From NCBI GenBank assembly GCA_033762715.1, contig JANRLL010000009.1:1662-65661 (forward strand): 64,000 nucleotides of DNA, given 5' to 3'. The notes under the pieces are model-generated. The model was not told where the DNA came from and searched no databases. It was given only the letters and a program-made list of their open reading frames with translations. Below, piece after piece: positions 54,579 through 64,000 of this stretch (positions are counted from its first letter, which is position 1; every line of letters starts with the position of its first letter). Source of the stretch: Rickettsiales bacterium (GTDB lineage: Bacteria; Pseudomonadota; Alphaproteobacteria; Rickettsiales; SXRF01). The position numbers and the translations under genes were made by a program.

Positions 54579-56822
54579 GTGGGGGTACGAGTGGTCGGTT
54601 GCAAGCGACGCGAGCGCTATCTACTGGCTGCCATTGGCTTGCTTTCGCTAATTAGTAGCTCGGCTGCTTTTGCTGCCAATAGCATGAAGATCATGCCCGG
54701 CAGCCCCTTGCCACGCACCAAATTTGAAGAACGGCCCGTGCTCTCCGAATCAGAGCCAGTGCTGTTGGAAGCATCAGAGATTGATTACGACCACCAAAAT
54801 GCCGTAGTAACCGCATCGGATCGCGTAGAGGTGGTGCAGGGCGATACCGTCTTACTGTGCGATAAGCTGACCTATAATCAAAAAGACGGCAAAGTGTATG
54901 CCGAGGGTAATGTGAGCATGCTCGATCCCTCTGGTCATGTGATTTTTGCCGATCGCCTCGAAGTGACCAGCGATATGCGCAGCGGCGTCATTGAGCAGTT
55001 TAAGGTACGCTTGGCGGATCAATCGAGTTTTGCCGCGGTGGCCGCTGACAAGCTCGATGAGAATCGCATGAAGCTTTATAAAGCGGTCTATTCTCCTTGC
55101 CGCGTCAGCTGCGACAGCAAAGACGAAAAATCAGGCGAAGCACATTACCCGTTATGGCAGCTCACTGCCGATGAGGTGATGCTCGATAACGTCGAGCAGC
55201 GCGTGAAATATGAGGAGGCGTTTTTTGAAGTAGACGGGGTGCCGATTCTCTATTCACCCTATTTCTCGCACCCCACCCCCGATGCGCCCAACCAAAGCGG
55301 CTTGTTGCTGCCCGATTATCAATATTCACAGAATTATGGCTCGGCCGTGCGCGTGCCCATGTATTATGCCATTGGCCAGGATCGCGACGTCACCCTCACC
55401 CCGATGATTACCACCACTGCCGGCCAGGTATTTATGGGTGAATACCGCCAGCAATTCGATAGCGGCCCGCTTACCATCGCCGGCAGCATTACCAACGCGC
55501 CCGATATTGATGCGCTGGGCAACCGCTCGCCTGGCCATGATTTTCGTGGTGATATTAGCGGTAATGGCCGCTTTCGCCTTAATGAAACCTATGAATGGGG
55601 TTTTAACGGACGGCGTACGTCCGACGATACGTATCTGCGTCGTTACGGGCTTGGTGAGGATACGCTTTTGACCTCGCGCGTCTATGCCGAAGGCATGCGT
55701 TTTGAAAACACCAATGATCGCTCATACGGCATTATCCAAGCACTGGCCTTCCAAGGCTTGACGGCGCAAGATAACTCCGAACAAATTCCCCTGGTTGCGC
55801 CACTGACCAGTGTCAGCTTCCAAAGCGATCCTGGCATCTATAATTCACGCTTTACCTTGGACGCTGGTGCCATGTCGCTGACCCGTGAATTAGGAGCCGA
55901 CAGCCGCCGTATCTCTTCCTCCTTGGGCTGGAAACTGCCTTATATTTCCGATGATGGTCAGGCGATTGAATTCAGCACCAAAATGCGCACCGATATGTAT
56001 TCGGTCAATGACGTGATGCTCGATAATGGCCAGAGCTTCAATGGTGTGACTGGCCGCGCCATTCCCGAAGTTGCCGCATTATGGCGCTATCCGTTTATCA
56101 ACCAGATGGAATCAAGCAGCGTGTTGCTGGAGCCGGTGGTAAATTTGGTTTTAAGCCCAGGTGGCGGTAATCCGGCCAAGATTCCTAACGAAGACAGCTT
56201 GGCACCGGAATTTACCGACAGTAACTTGTTTAGCTCGGACCGCTATGCCGGCTATGACCGGGTGGAAACCGGTCCGCGTATGAGCTACGGCGTACGTGGT
56301 CAGGCGCAGTTCCTGTCGGATCGTTATGTAGATTGGGTGTTTGGCCAGCAATACCGTGTGAATAACGACCCTAACTTTCCGATTTCTAACGATTTGACCG
56401 ACCATTTTTCCGATTATGTCGGACGTCTTGGTATCAATTACCAGCCACTGACGCTCGATTATAGCTTCCGTCTGGATAAAGAAACCCTAAGCCCGAAACG
56501 CACCGAGGTAACCAGCGGTATGAACTATTATCCGGTGAGTTTCTCGACCTCCTATCTGTCCATTAAAAACGATCCTATTTTTGCTGATAAAGAACAGCTG
56601 CTCACCGGAATGGGGCTTAATTTCACCCGCGAATGGATGTGGACGGCGAATGTCAGTCGCGATTTATTATTGGATCAATATGTCGCAACCGGTATGAGTT
56701 TAGGCTATCGTGACGAATGTACGGCCATTGTCGGGTTGATTGGTCGCTCCTTCACTCGTGACCGTGACGTCGAACCGGCTACGACCTTTTTGCTACTCTT
56801 CTCATTTAAAAACTTGAATTGA
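54579..56822 (+). CDS. lptD: LPS-assembly protein LptD
   Basis: OstA-like N-terminus, YSPC, SGLLLP, IPNEDS; start uncertain. Confidence 0.9.
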   Translation: MGVRVVGCKRRERYLLAAIGLLSLISSSAAFAANSMKIMPGSPLPRTKFEERPVLSESEPVLLEASEIDYDHQNAVVTASDRVEVVQGDTVLLCDKLTYNQKDGKVYAEGNVSMLDPSGHVIFADRLEVTSDMRSGVIEQFKVRLADQSSFAAVAADKLDENRMKLYKAVYSPCRVSCDSKDEKSGEAHYPLWQLTADEVMLDNVEQRVKYEEAFFEVDGVPILYSPYFSHPTPDAPNQSGLLLPDYQYSQNYGSAVRVPMYYAIGQDRDVTLTPMITTTAGQVFMGEYRQQFDSGPLTIAGSITNAPDIDALGNRSPGHDFRGDISGNGRFRLNETYEWGFNGRRTSDDTYLRRYGLGEDTLLTSRVYAEGMRFENTNDRSYGIIQALAFQGLTAQDNSEQIPLVAPLTSVSFQSDPGIYNSRFTLDAGAMSLTRELGADSRRISSSLGWKLPYISDDGQAIEFSTKMRTDMYSVNDVMLDNGQSFNGVTGRAIPEVAALWRYPFINQMESSSVLLEPVVNLVLSPGGGNPAKIPNEDSLAPEFTDSNLFSSDRYAGYDRVETGPRMSYGVRGQAQFLSDRYVDWVFGQQYRVNNDPNFPISNDLTDHFSDYVGRLGINYQPLTLDYSFRLDKETLSPKRTEVTSGMNYYPVSFSTSYLSIKNDPIFADKEQLLTGMGLNFTREWMWTANVSRDLLLDQYVATGMSLGYRDECTAIVGLIGRSFTRDRDVEPATTFLLLFSFKNLN

Positions 56823-56825
56823 TTT

Positions 56826-58115
56826 ATGCGTATACGTGCCTTGTTATTGTTGATCTGCTTGCTGCCCGCCGCACCGGTAATGGCAGCCGGTAAGCCTAAG
56901 CTGTTGGCGGGCGCTTCGAATGAACCCACCAGCAAAAAACCCGAGCTCGATATTGAAGCGGTGGTGGGTGATCAGGTGATTTCATCCTATGATCTCAATA
57001 GCCGCATGGCCTTTATTATTTCGACCACCAAGCTTTCCAATACGCCGGAAGTAATCGCGCGTATCCGCCCGCAAATTCTACGCACGCTGATCGATGAGCG
57101 CTTGCAGCTGCAAGAGGCCAAACGCAAAGAGATTAAAGTGGATGATGCTGATATTGGTAAAGCCATTGCCGCTATTGAAAAAGAACGCGGTATGGAGCCA
57201 GGCGCCATTTTCAAGCAGCTCGAGCAAGCCCATGTGCCGGTGGAAACCTTTGCTGAGCAATTGCGCGCGCAGATTTCCTGGAACAAGCTTGTAGGCAAAG
57301 TGGTGCGCCCCAAAGTACGAGTCAGCGATGAAGAAATCGCACTATCCATGAGTAAAACCATGGCGCCTGCCACCAAAAAAGAGCTGCAAATTGCCGTAAT
57401 TAATTTGCCGATCGACAAACCCTCGCGCGAAACCGAAATTCGCAAATTGGCCGATAATTTGGTGCAGGAAGTACGCAAAGGCGCCAATTTCGAAGAAGTA
57501 TCACGTCAATTTTCTGCCAGTAAAATCGAAAGCTTTTGGGTGATGCCTGAGAATTTAGAGCCAGGACTTGCCAAAATATTAGCCGGCGTGCAGCCAGGCG
57601 CCATTACCGATCCGGTGCGCAGCGAACTGGGCTATACGGTGGTAAAACTCTATGATGTGCGCCAGTTGAGCGAAGAGCAAAGCAAGGATGAGGAACTTTC
57701 CATTAAAGAAATTTTGCTGAAGCTTAAGTCGACTGATCATAAAGAAGCCGATGCGCTGCTATCCATTGCCGAATCAGTGGCCAAAGACCCAGGCAGCTGT
57801 GAGGATACAGGGGTGGCCAATATTAAAAACCTGCAGGATATCGATATTGCGGTGAGCAAAAATAACACCAAATTATCCGACCTAGCGCCGGCCATTGTTA
57901 CCATCGTGAAGGACTTAAAGATCGGCGATATATCGCAACCATATGCCAGCGCTGAGGGTGTGCGCCTATTCATGGTCTGCGACCGCAAAGAAGTGCCGCT
58001 ATCGGTGAAAGAACGTGCGCGGGTCAGCCAGGCCATTTACCAACAGAAGCTTGAGCTGGAAGCGCAAAAATACTTGCGGGCGTTGCGTCGGGACATGTTC
58101 ATCGAAATCCGCTAG
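56826..58115 (+). CDS. surA: SurA-like periplasmic chaperone/PPIase
   Basis: LIDERLQLQEA, GANFEEVSRQFS, YLRALRR; follows lptD. Confidence 0.85.
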   Translation: MRIRALLLLICLLPAAPVMAAGKPKLLAGASNEPTSKKPELDIEAVVGDQVISSYDLNSRMAFIISTTKLSNTPEVIARIRPQILRTLIDERLQLQEAKRKEIKVDDADIGKAIAAIEKERGMEPGAIFKQLEQAHVPVETFAEQLRAQISWNKLVGKVVRPKVRVSDEEIALSMSKTMAPATKKELQIAVINLPIDKPSRETEIRKLADNLVQEVRKGANFEEVSRQFSASKIESFWVMPENLEPGLAKILAGVQPGAITDPVRSELGYTVVKLYDVRQLSEEQSKDEELSIKEILLKLKSTDHKEADALLSIAESVAKDPGSCEDTGVANIKNLQDIDIAVSKNNTKLSDLAPAIVTIVKDLKIGDISQPYASAEGVRLFMVCDRKEVPLSVKERARVSQAIYQQKLELEAQKYLRALRRDMFIEIR

Positions 58116-58238
58116 AATCTTTTAGCTTTTGTTTTTTACAGCGCCTGTCTTCGGTCTCGCCGTGCTCATGTACTGGTTGTACACTCCGCTCGCCTCGCCT
58201 TGGCATGCATCTGTAAAAAACAAAAGCTAAAAGATTCT
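58114..58238. repeat. RPE-like palindromic element (copy 2)
   Basis: Perfect 28-bp inverted arms 58114-58141/58211-58238; core shared with 26699-26786. Confidence 0.9.
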
Positions 58239-58244
58239 CTAAAC

Positions 58245-60065
58245 TTAAACGATGACTTTGACGTAGGTGCCGGGTGCGTCTTCAATGGCTTTTTTGATGG
58301 TACGCGCAGGGATTTTGCTGCCAGCAAATTGCAATTGCCATTGATGCCAATTCGGCCACCAGGAGCCTGCATGCTCGGTGGCTTCGGCAAACCATTTATC
58401 GGGTTGCACCGGCAGTTTATGCGAGGCCGTTTTCTCGGCTTTATCGTCAATCCAGTGGCTGTATTTTTTCTTAGCAGGCGGATTTACTACACCGGCAATA
58501 TGGCCCGAGGCGGCCAGCACAAAACGAATATCGCCGCCATAGATTTGGGTGGCGGCATAGGTCGATTTCCACGGTGCGATATGATCTTCGCGTGTTGATA
58601 AAATATAGCTGGGTGTTTTGATGGTGCGCAAATCGATTGGCACACCAGCAATACGGATTTTGCCCGGCTGCATCAGCAGATTTTTTTGATACATATTGCG
58701 CAGATAAAAACTATGCATAGCCGCTGGCATGCGCGTGGAATCGGCGTTCCAATAGAGCAGGTCAAACGGGAAGGGGTCTTTGCCCAACAGGTAGTTATTG
58801 ACCACAAACGACCAGATCAAATCATTGGCGCGCAGCATGTTGAAGGTCATCGACATTTCGCTGCCTTCCAAATAGCCCGATTCCGACATGCGCGATTCCA
58901 GCATTTGCAGCTGTTCTTCATCGATAAATACCGAAAGCTCGCCCGCTTCTGAAAAATCAATCATGGTGGTCAGATACGTGGCCGAGCGGATGCGATGCAC
59001 TTGTTTTTTCTCAGTGAGCCAGGCAAGCGTAATGGCTTGCAGCGTGCCGCCCAAGCAATAGCCGATCATGCTGACTTCGGTTTCACCTGTTAAGGCCTCA
59101 ATCGCATCGAGTGCTGCAAGTGGGCCTTCGATCATATAATCGTCAAAACTTTTGCGGCTTAAGCGCTCATCGGGGTTGACCCAGGAGACGATGAACACCG
59201 TGTGCCCCTGATCGACCAGCCATTTCACAAAAGAGTTTTCTTGCTGAAGATCGAGAATATAAAATTTATTGATCCAGGCTGGCACCACTAAGAGCGGCGT
59301 TTTATAGACGTCTTTGGTGGTGGCTTCATACTGAATCAGCTGAATCAGATCGTTTTGAAACACCACTTTGCCCTTGGTCATCGCCAGGTTTTTACCGATG
59401 GCAAAGGCATTGAAATCGGTCATGCTGATGCGCAGCTTGCCGTTGCCGCGCTCGATATCTTCCAGCAAATTGGTCAGGCCCTTCACCAGGTTTTCGCCGT
59501 TGCTTTCCAGCGTGGCTTTGAGCACTTCGGGATTGGTCATCAGGAAGTTGGACGGGCTCATCGCATCAACAAATTGACGCGTGTAAAAATCAAGCTTGCG
59601 CGCCGTGTGCGGATCGAGCTCATCGGAGGCTTCTTGCACGGTATGGTGCAGCCAACGGGCGGTCAGCAAATAGGATTGCTTTACAAAATCAAAGACCGGA
59701 CTTTCTTTCCAGGCGGTGTCTTTGAAACGGCGGTCTTTACTGTCGGGTTCGATGATGGGTTTTTCTTCCTCACCCAACAGCCGTTGGGTGGTGCTTTGCC
59801 ACAGATTGGCATAATCCTGCCACAGCATGACTTGCTTTCCCCACAGCCCCATCGGATCGCTCATCAAACGCGTGAATAAATCGCGAAAAGCCGTGCCCAA
59901 ATTGAGCGGATCAAACGGTACGCGCGTGATGTCGGTGGGCTGGCGGGCAAGAAATTCTTGCCAGATGCGCTGGCATTTTTCGATGGCGGTTGCCATGTTT
60001 TTCGTGAATTCCGCCGCGTCGCCTGCACGTTCCTGGGATTGGTGTTTCGTATCAGTCATAGACAA
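58245..60065 (-). CDS. phaC: class I polyhydroxyalkanoate synthase
   Basis: GYCLGG, INKFYILDL, DHIAPW, SGHIAG. Confidence 0.95.
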   Translation of the reverse strand: MSMTDTKHQSQERAGDAAEFTKNMATAIEKCQRIWQEFLARQPTDITRVPFDPLNLGTAFRDLFTRLMSDPMGLWGKQVMLWQDYANLWQSTTQRLLGEEEKPIIEPDSKDRRFKDTAWKESPVFDFVKQSYLLTARWLHHTVQEASDELDPHTARKLDFYTRQFVDAMSPSNFLMTNPEVLKATLESNGENLVKGLTNLLEDIERGNGKLRISMTDFNAFAIGKNLAMTKGKVVFQNDLIQLIQYEATTKDVYKTPLLVVPAWINKFYILDLQQENSFVKWLVDQGHTVFIVSWVNPDERLSRKSFDDYMIEGPLAALDAIEALTGETEVSMIGYCLGGTLQAITLAWLTEKKQVHRIRSATYLTTMIDFSEAGELSVFIDEEQLQMLESRMSESGYLEGSEMSMTFNMLRANDLIWSFVVNNYLLGKDPFPFDLLYWNADSTRMPAAMHSFYLRNMYQKNLLMQPGKIRIAGVPIDLRTIKTPSYILSTREDHIAPWKSTYAATQIYGGDIRFVLAASGHIAGVVNPPAKKKYSHWIDDKAEKTASHKLPVQPDKWFAEATEHAGSWWPNWHQWQLQFAGSKIPARTIKKAIEDAPGTYVKVIV

Positions 60066-60230
60066 GCAGTTTCGAGCATTTTACTAAAATAGGGAATTGC
60101 GCAACCACGCTGGCTGCGATATATGTTGGCAGCTAAGCAGGTTGCAGGGCTTTATGCAACCTGTAAGTGCAAAACCAGGCAAGCTGCGACAACTGAATAA
60201 TAGGTTTGTTGCGTTACTTTATAGGTATGT

Positions 60231-61976
60231 ATGAAAAAATCCTTCCGCCCTTCCTCTAAATCGGCTCTGTTGCTGGCGTCATTAGCCGCTAGCACCATGT
60301 TGCTGGGCTGCTCTTCTCCGTCCTATTTGTGGAGCAAATATATTGATGATGGAAGAGAGAGCCAGGTGGTGTCTGGCATGCGCCATACACCGGCATTAAA
60401 TCCGCGCTCGACAGGCCCAGCGCCGTCAGCTGCGGAGTCACCCACCACGCCTATTTTGCCATCGCCGCATAGCGCTGCCGCTTCCGCACCGCCACCGCCG
60501 AAGCCTACTTTGGAATCGGATCCGTATGCTTATTATTCAATGATGAGTCCGCCCGATGAGCAAATCGTCCCGGATCCCAAAGCGCAAACAGCGCAATCGC
60601 CTAGCATACTCAACCGCATAAGCAGCACGCTCAATGGCGGATTTCCGGAAGGCAACGGTGAAGAAGACGCAAAAGAAGCACCTCCTGTGCTTGACTCATC
60701 GGTAACCCATGCAGCCCCACCCGCTATTACACCGGCTGCTGCAAACTTGCCAAGCGGTCGCAAAGCCTTCCCAGGCAACCCACCGCTGCCGGCTGCACCG
60801 GTGCAGCTCGTTCCCGCGCCGCTAGCGCCTGAGCCCGCAGGTGCGCCACGCTCGCAGATCACCCCCGTAGAGACGCATGAGGTGGCTGCCGTTTCGCCGG
60901 CTGCTCATCAAGAAGAGGCACGCGCCGCGCCTGCTGGTAAAACCTGGCTGGATCGCGTATCCGATACGTTTGATTTCAGCAAAAAACCCGAGCCTACTCC
61001 GTCTGCCTTAAAGCCACCCGCCGATACCCCCTATCCCAGCCTATCATCTGTGCCGCCTACACCTGCTGAATTTAAAGCCGTGAAAGCTGAGCGCGAAGAA
61101 AAAATCCAAGATCTCAAAACCGAACATTTCCTCTCGCAGGAAGAAAAATTAGCGCTCGATAGCGAGCCTACCAGCCAAGAAGCGCAAACCGCTATGGACT
61201 TGCCACTGGCCCCCGAAAAACCCGCTGCTAGCAATGATGCCACCTTGCTGGGACAAGCCTCTACTACGCCCGTGCAGCAGCTGAAATCCGATGAGCATCA
61301 GCGCATCATCCCGCTTGCAAACGAAGCCGCTCCCGTTGAGTTGAAGCGTGGCGAAGCACTACCGCTTGCGGAAGTGCCAGCTGCGGTGGTTGAAGCGCCG
61401 CCTGTGTTAGAAGCATCGCCTGCCAAAAAAATAGAATCAGCGCCTGCGCCGAAGAAAAAAGCCGCCAGCGCCATAAAACCAGAAAACCCAGCACCCGTGG
61501 TTGAAACCAAGCAGGTTTTAACCCTGCCGGCTGAGCCAACGCCTGCTGCGGTTGAGACTGTTACCACGACTCGCACCACTACGGTTGCTGAACCGGTTTT
61601 GGTGAATGTACCTAGCGCTGAGCCTGCGGGAACGCCGGTGATTGCGCCGGTACCGGTTGACTCCGTTACTACCACCAGCACCACCACCAGCTTACCGGTT
61701 CCTGCTTCCTTGCCCGTTCCTGCACCTGTGATTGTGCCTGAACCTACTGCGGCTGCCCTTCCAGTACTGCCCGCCCCATCGCCATTAATCGCTCCTCCGG
61801 CTGAGATTGCGCCCAAAACCATTGCGGTGCGTGCGCCCATCGAGCCCAAAGCCGAAGAGGTGATTATCGCGCCTGCCGCGGATTCGAGCGTTCCGGCCGC
61901 GCTGCCTTCGACCGATATTCTAAAAAACGTGAAGACCTTGCCGCCTTCACGCTATCAAACCCGTGATTCTCAATAA
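60231..61976 (+). CDS. Pro/Ala-rich, largely disordered lipoprotein
   Basis: Lipobox LLGC; long low-complexity Pro/Ala/Thr/Glu-rich body. Confidence 0.75.
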   Translation: MKKSFRPSSKSALLLASLAASTMLLGCSSPSYLWSKYIDDGRESQVVSGMRHTPALNPRSTGPAPSAAESPTTPILPSPHSAAASAPPPPKPTLESDPYAYYSMMSPPDEQIVPDPKAQTAQSPSILNRISSTLNGGFPEGNGEEDAKEAPPVLDSSVTHAAPPAITPAAANLPSGRKAFPGNPPLPAAPVQLVPAPLAPEPAGAPRSQITPVETHEVAAVSPAAHQEEARAAPAGKTWLDRVSDTFDFSKKPEPTPSALKPPADTPYPSLSSVPPTPAEFKAVKAEREEKIQDLKTEHFLSQEEKLALDSEPTSQEAQTAMDLPLAPEKPAASNDATLLGQASTTPVQQLKSDEHQRIIPLANEAAPVELKRGEALPLAEVPAAVVEAPPVLEASPAKKIESAPAPKKKAASAIKPENPAPVVETKQVLTLPAEPTPAAVETVTTTRTTTVAEPVLVNVPSAEPAGTPVIAPVPVDSVTTTSTTTSLPVPASLPVPAPVIVPEPTAAALPVLPAPSPLIAPPAEIAPKTIAVRAPIEPKAEEVIIAPAADSSVPAALPSTDILKNVKTLPPSRYQTRDSQ

Positions 61977-61988
61977 TAAACGCGAAAC

Positions 61989-63218
61989 ATGTCTATGCTG
62001 ATGGATAATGAATTTTACCGTATTGGTCGCCTGCCACCATACGTATTTGCTGAAGTTAACAAAGTGAAAGCCAATGCGCGCGCGCAGGGCATCGACATTA
62101 TTGATTTCGGCATGGGCAATCCCGATTCGGCGCCGCCCAAACACGTGACCGACAAGCTGATTGAGACCATGAAAGACTCGAAAACCTCGCGCTATTCGCT
62201 GTCACGCGGTATTCATGGTTTGCGGAAAGCCCAGGCTGGCTATTACCAGCGCCGCTTCGGCGTGGAGCTCGATCCCGATAATGAAATGGTGGTGACCATC
62301 GGCTCGAAAGAAGGGCTTGCCAACCTCGCCAATGCCATCAGCGCGCCAGGCGATGTATTCGTCGTGCCCGATCCGTGCTATCCGATTCATACCTGGGGTT
62401 TTGTCATTGCTGGAGCCGAAGTGCGCCATATTCCCAATACACCGCACGCGCCTGATTTCTTCGATAACCTCAAAGCCGCCTGCGAAGCCAAGCCCAAGCC
62501 GGTGGCTATGGTGATGAACTTTCCTTGTAACCCGACGGCCTATACGGTAGATCTCGCCTTTTTTGAGCAGGTGGTTGCGATTGCCAAGCATTATGGCGTC
62601 TATGTGATTTCCGATTTGGCGTACTGCGAGATTTATTTCGACGAGAATAAAAAACCGCCTTCGATCTTACAGGTCAAAGGTGCCAAAGATATTGCCATCG
62701 AATTTACCACCGTGTCTAAAACCTATTCCATGGCGGGCTGGCGGATCGGATTTGCTGCAGGCAATCAAAAGCTTATCTCGGCGCTGACCAAGATTAAATC
62801 CTACCTGGATTACGGCACGTTTCTGCCGGTGCAAGTGGCGGCATCCGCTGCGATTAATGGCCCACAAGAATACGTAACCAATTTGCGCAAGCTCTATAAA
62901 GAACGCCGCGATATTTTGATTGAAGGGCTCGAAGATGCGGGCTGGGCACCGGAAGTGCCGGATGCCTCGATGTTCGTGTGGGCGCCAATTCCCGATGCGT
63001 ATAAACAGCTAGGCTGCTTGGAGTTTGCCAAATTGCTGATGACCGAGGCAGAAATGGCCGTTGCACCTGGTGTTGGCTTTGGCCCCGGCGGCGAAGGTTT
63101 CGTGCGTATTGCCATGGTTGAGAATAAACAACGCATCCGCCAAGCCATGCGCAATCTCAAAAGCTTCATGGCCGAAGATCCAGGCAAATATATTCATGCC
63201 TTGGAGAAAGTGGTTTGA
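61989..63218 (+). CDS. class I/II aminotransferase (AlaC / LL-DAP aminotransferase-like)
   Basis: LPPYVF, DFGMGNPD, SKTYSMAGWRIG. Confidence 0.9.
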   Translation: MSMLMDNEFYRIGRLPPYVFAEVNKVKANARAQGIDIIDFGMGNPDSAPPKHVTDKLIETMKDSKTSRYSLSRGIHGLRKAQAGYYQRRFGVELDPDNEMVVTIGSKEGLANLANAISAPGDVFVVPDPCYPIHTWGFVIAGAEVRHIPNTPHAPDFFDNLKAACEAKPKPVAMVMNFPCNPTAYTVDLAFFEQVVAIAKHYGVYVISDLAYCEIYFDENKKPPSILQVKGAKDIAIEFTTVSKTYSMAGWRIGFAAGNQKLISALTKIKSYLDYGTFLPVQVAASAAINGPQEYVTNLRKLYKERRDILIEGLEDAGWAPEVPDASMFVWAPIPDAYKQLGCLEFAKLLMTEAEMAVAPGVGFGPGGEGFVRIAMVENKQRIRQAMRNLKSFMAEDPGKYIHALEKVV

Positions 63219-64000
63219 TGGAACCGCTTAGAGTCGCCATTGCTGGATTAGGCACGGTCGGGGGCGGTACGCTCAAGATCCTGCATCATTACGCCCCGAT
63301 TCTGGCTGAGCGCTGCGGACGTCCGATCGATATCGTGGCGATTTCCTCGCGCGACCGCAACAAGAACCGCGGGGTGGATATTAGCCGCATGCGCTGGGTC
63401 GAAAACCCGCTGCAGCTGGCGCAAGACGACGATGTGGATGTGATAGTAGAGACCATTGGCGGTGCTGAAGGGGTGGCGCGTGAATTGGTGGAAAAAGCGC
63501 TGCAAGCCGGTAAATCGGTGGTGACCGCCAATAAAGCGCTGATTGCGCATCACGGCATTCATTTGGCGACCTTAGCTGAAAAACATAATGCGATGCTGGC
63601 GTTTGAAGCAGCCGTTGCCGGCGGCATTCCGATCATCAAAGGTTTGCGCGACGGGCTGGCGGCCAACCGTTTCAGCCGCATTGCCGGTATTTTAAACGGC
63701 ACCTGTAACTATATTCTGACCACCATGTGGGAAACGCGCCGCAGTTTTGACGATGTGCTCAAAGAAGCGCAAAGCCTGGGTTACGCGGAAGCTGAACCGA
63801 GCTTCGATGTGGATGGTATCGACACCGCCCATAAGCTTTCGATCTTAACCAGCTTGGCCTATGGCTGCGCACCGGCGATCGACAAAGTCTATGTCGAAGG
63901 TATTCGCCGCATTTCCCTGCGCGACATGGAATCGGCCCATGAGCTGGGTTACCGTATTAAGCTCTTGGGTATTACGACGCTGACCGAACAAGGCATCGAG
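63218..64000 (+). CDS. hom: homoserine dehydrogenase (3' truncated by window edge)
   Basis: Read directly from the sequence: MEPLRVAIAGLGTVGGG...VVTANKAL...FEAAVAGGIP...GILNGT. TGATG overlap with the upstream gene. Confidence 0.95.
   Translation, partial: MEPLRVAIAGLGTVGGGTLKILHHYAPILAERCGRPIDIVAISSRDRNKNRGVDISRMRWVENPLQLAQDDDVDVIVETIGGAEGVARELVEKALQAGKSVVTANKALIAHHGIHLATLAEKHNAMLAFEAAVAGGIPIIKGLRDGLAANRFSRIAGILNGTCNYILTTMWETRRSFDDVLKEAQSLGYAEAEPSFDVDGIDTAHKLSILTSLAYGCAPAIDKVYVEGIRRISLRDMESAHELGYRIKLLGITTLTEQGIE

Noticed and set aside
60138-60163. Hairpin caggttgca...tgcaacctg between phaC and the lipoprotein gene
   Set aside because: A single short inverted repeat; it could be an operator, but nothing further supports a call.

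Overview
Alphaproteobacterial chromosome window, probably near the replication origin (mnmE-mnmG-rsmG-parA-parB with three parS sites). Rickettsiales-like affinity is an inference from gene content and palindromic repeats. About 1-10.8 kb is a ~9.8 kb integrative element, probably a phage satellite, inserted in tRNA-Arg(CCG) and bounded by 49-bp direct repeats (938-986 and 10763-10811). It encodes an integrase, an AlpA-like HTH protein, a primase, an AAA_25 helicase, an iteron-like cluster and a DUF5681 TerS-like protein. Its cargo includes a DUF5677-like protein, an XRE regulator with tandem operators, a lipoprotein and membrane protein pair, and an unnamed coupled two-gene module (nuclease-like plus TPR-like fusion) that is a candidate anti-phage system. 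The rest is mostly core genes: an ankyrin-subtilase fusion, xerC, tal, priA, atpHAGDC, yggS, a porin, leuS-lptE-holA, parAB, gid genes, yejABEF with an inserted peptidase, SPFH/NfeD, cytochrome c, kdsB, ampG, hemF, trmL, petABC, lptD-surA, phaC, an aminotransferase and hom. Two families of short palindromic elements are dispersed through the core. One family appears twice in-frame inside hemF and once upstream, where it abuts the hemF ribosome-binding site. All family calls come from motif recognition, not database searches.
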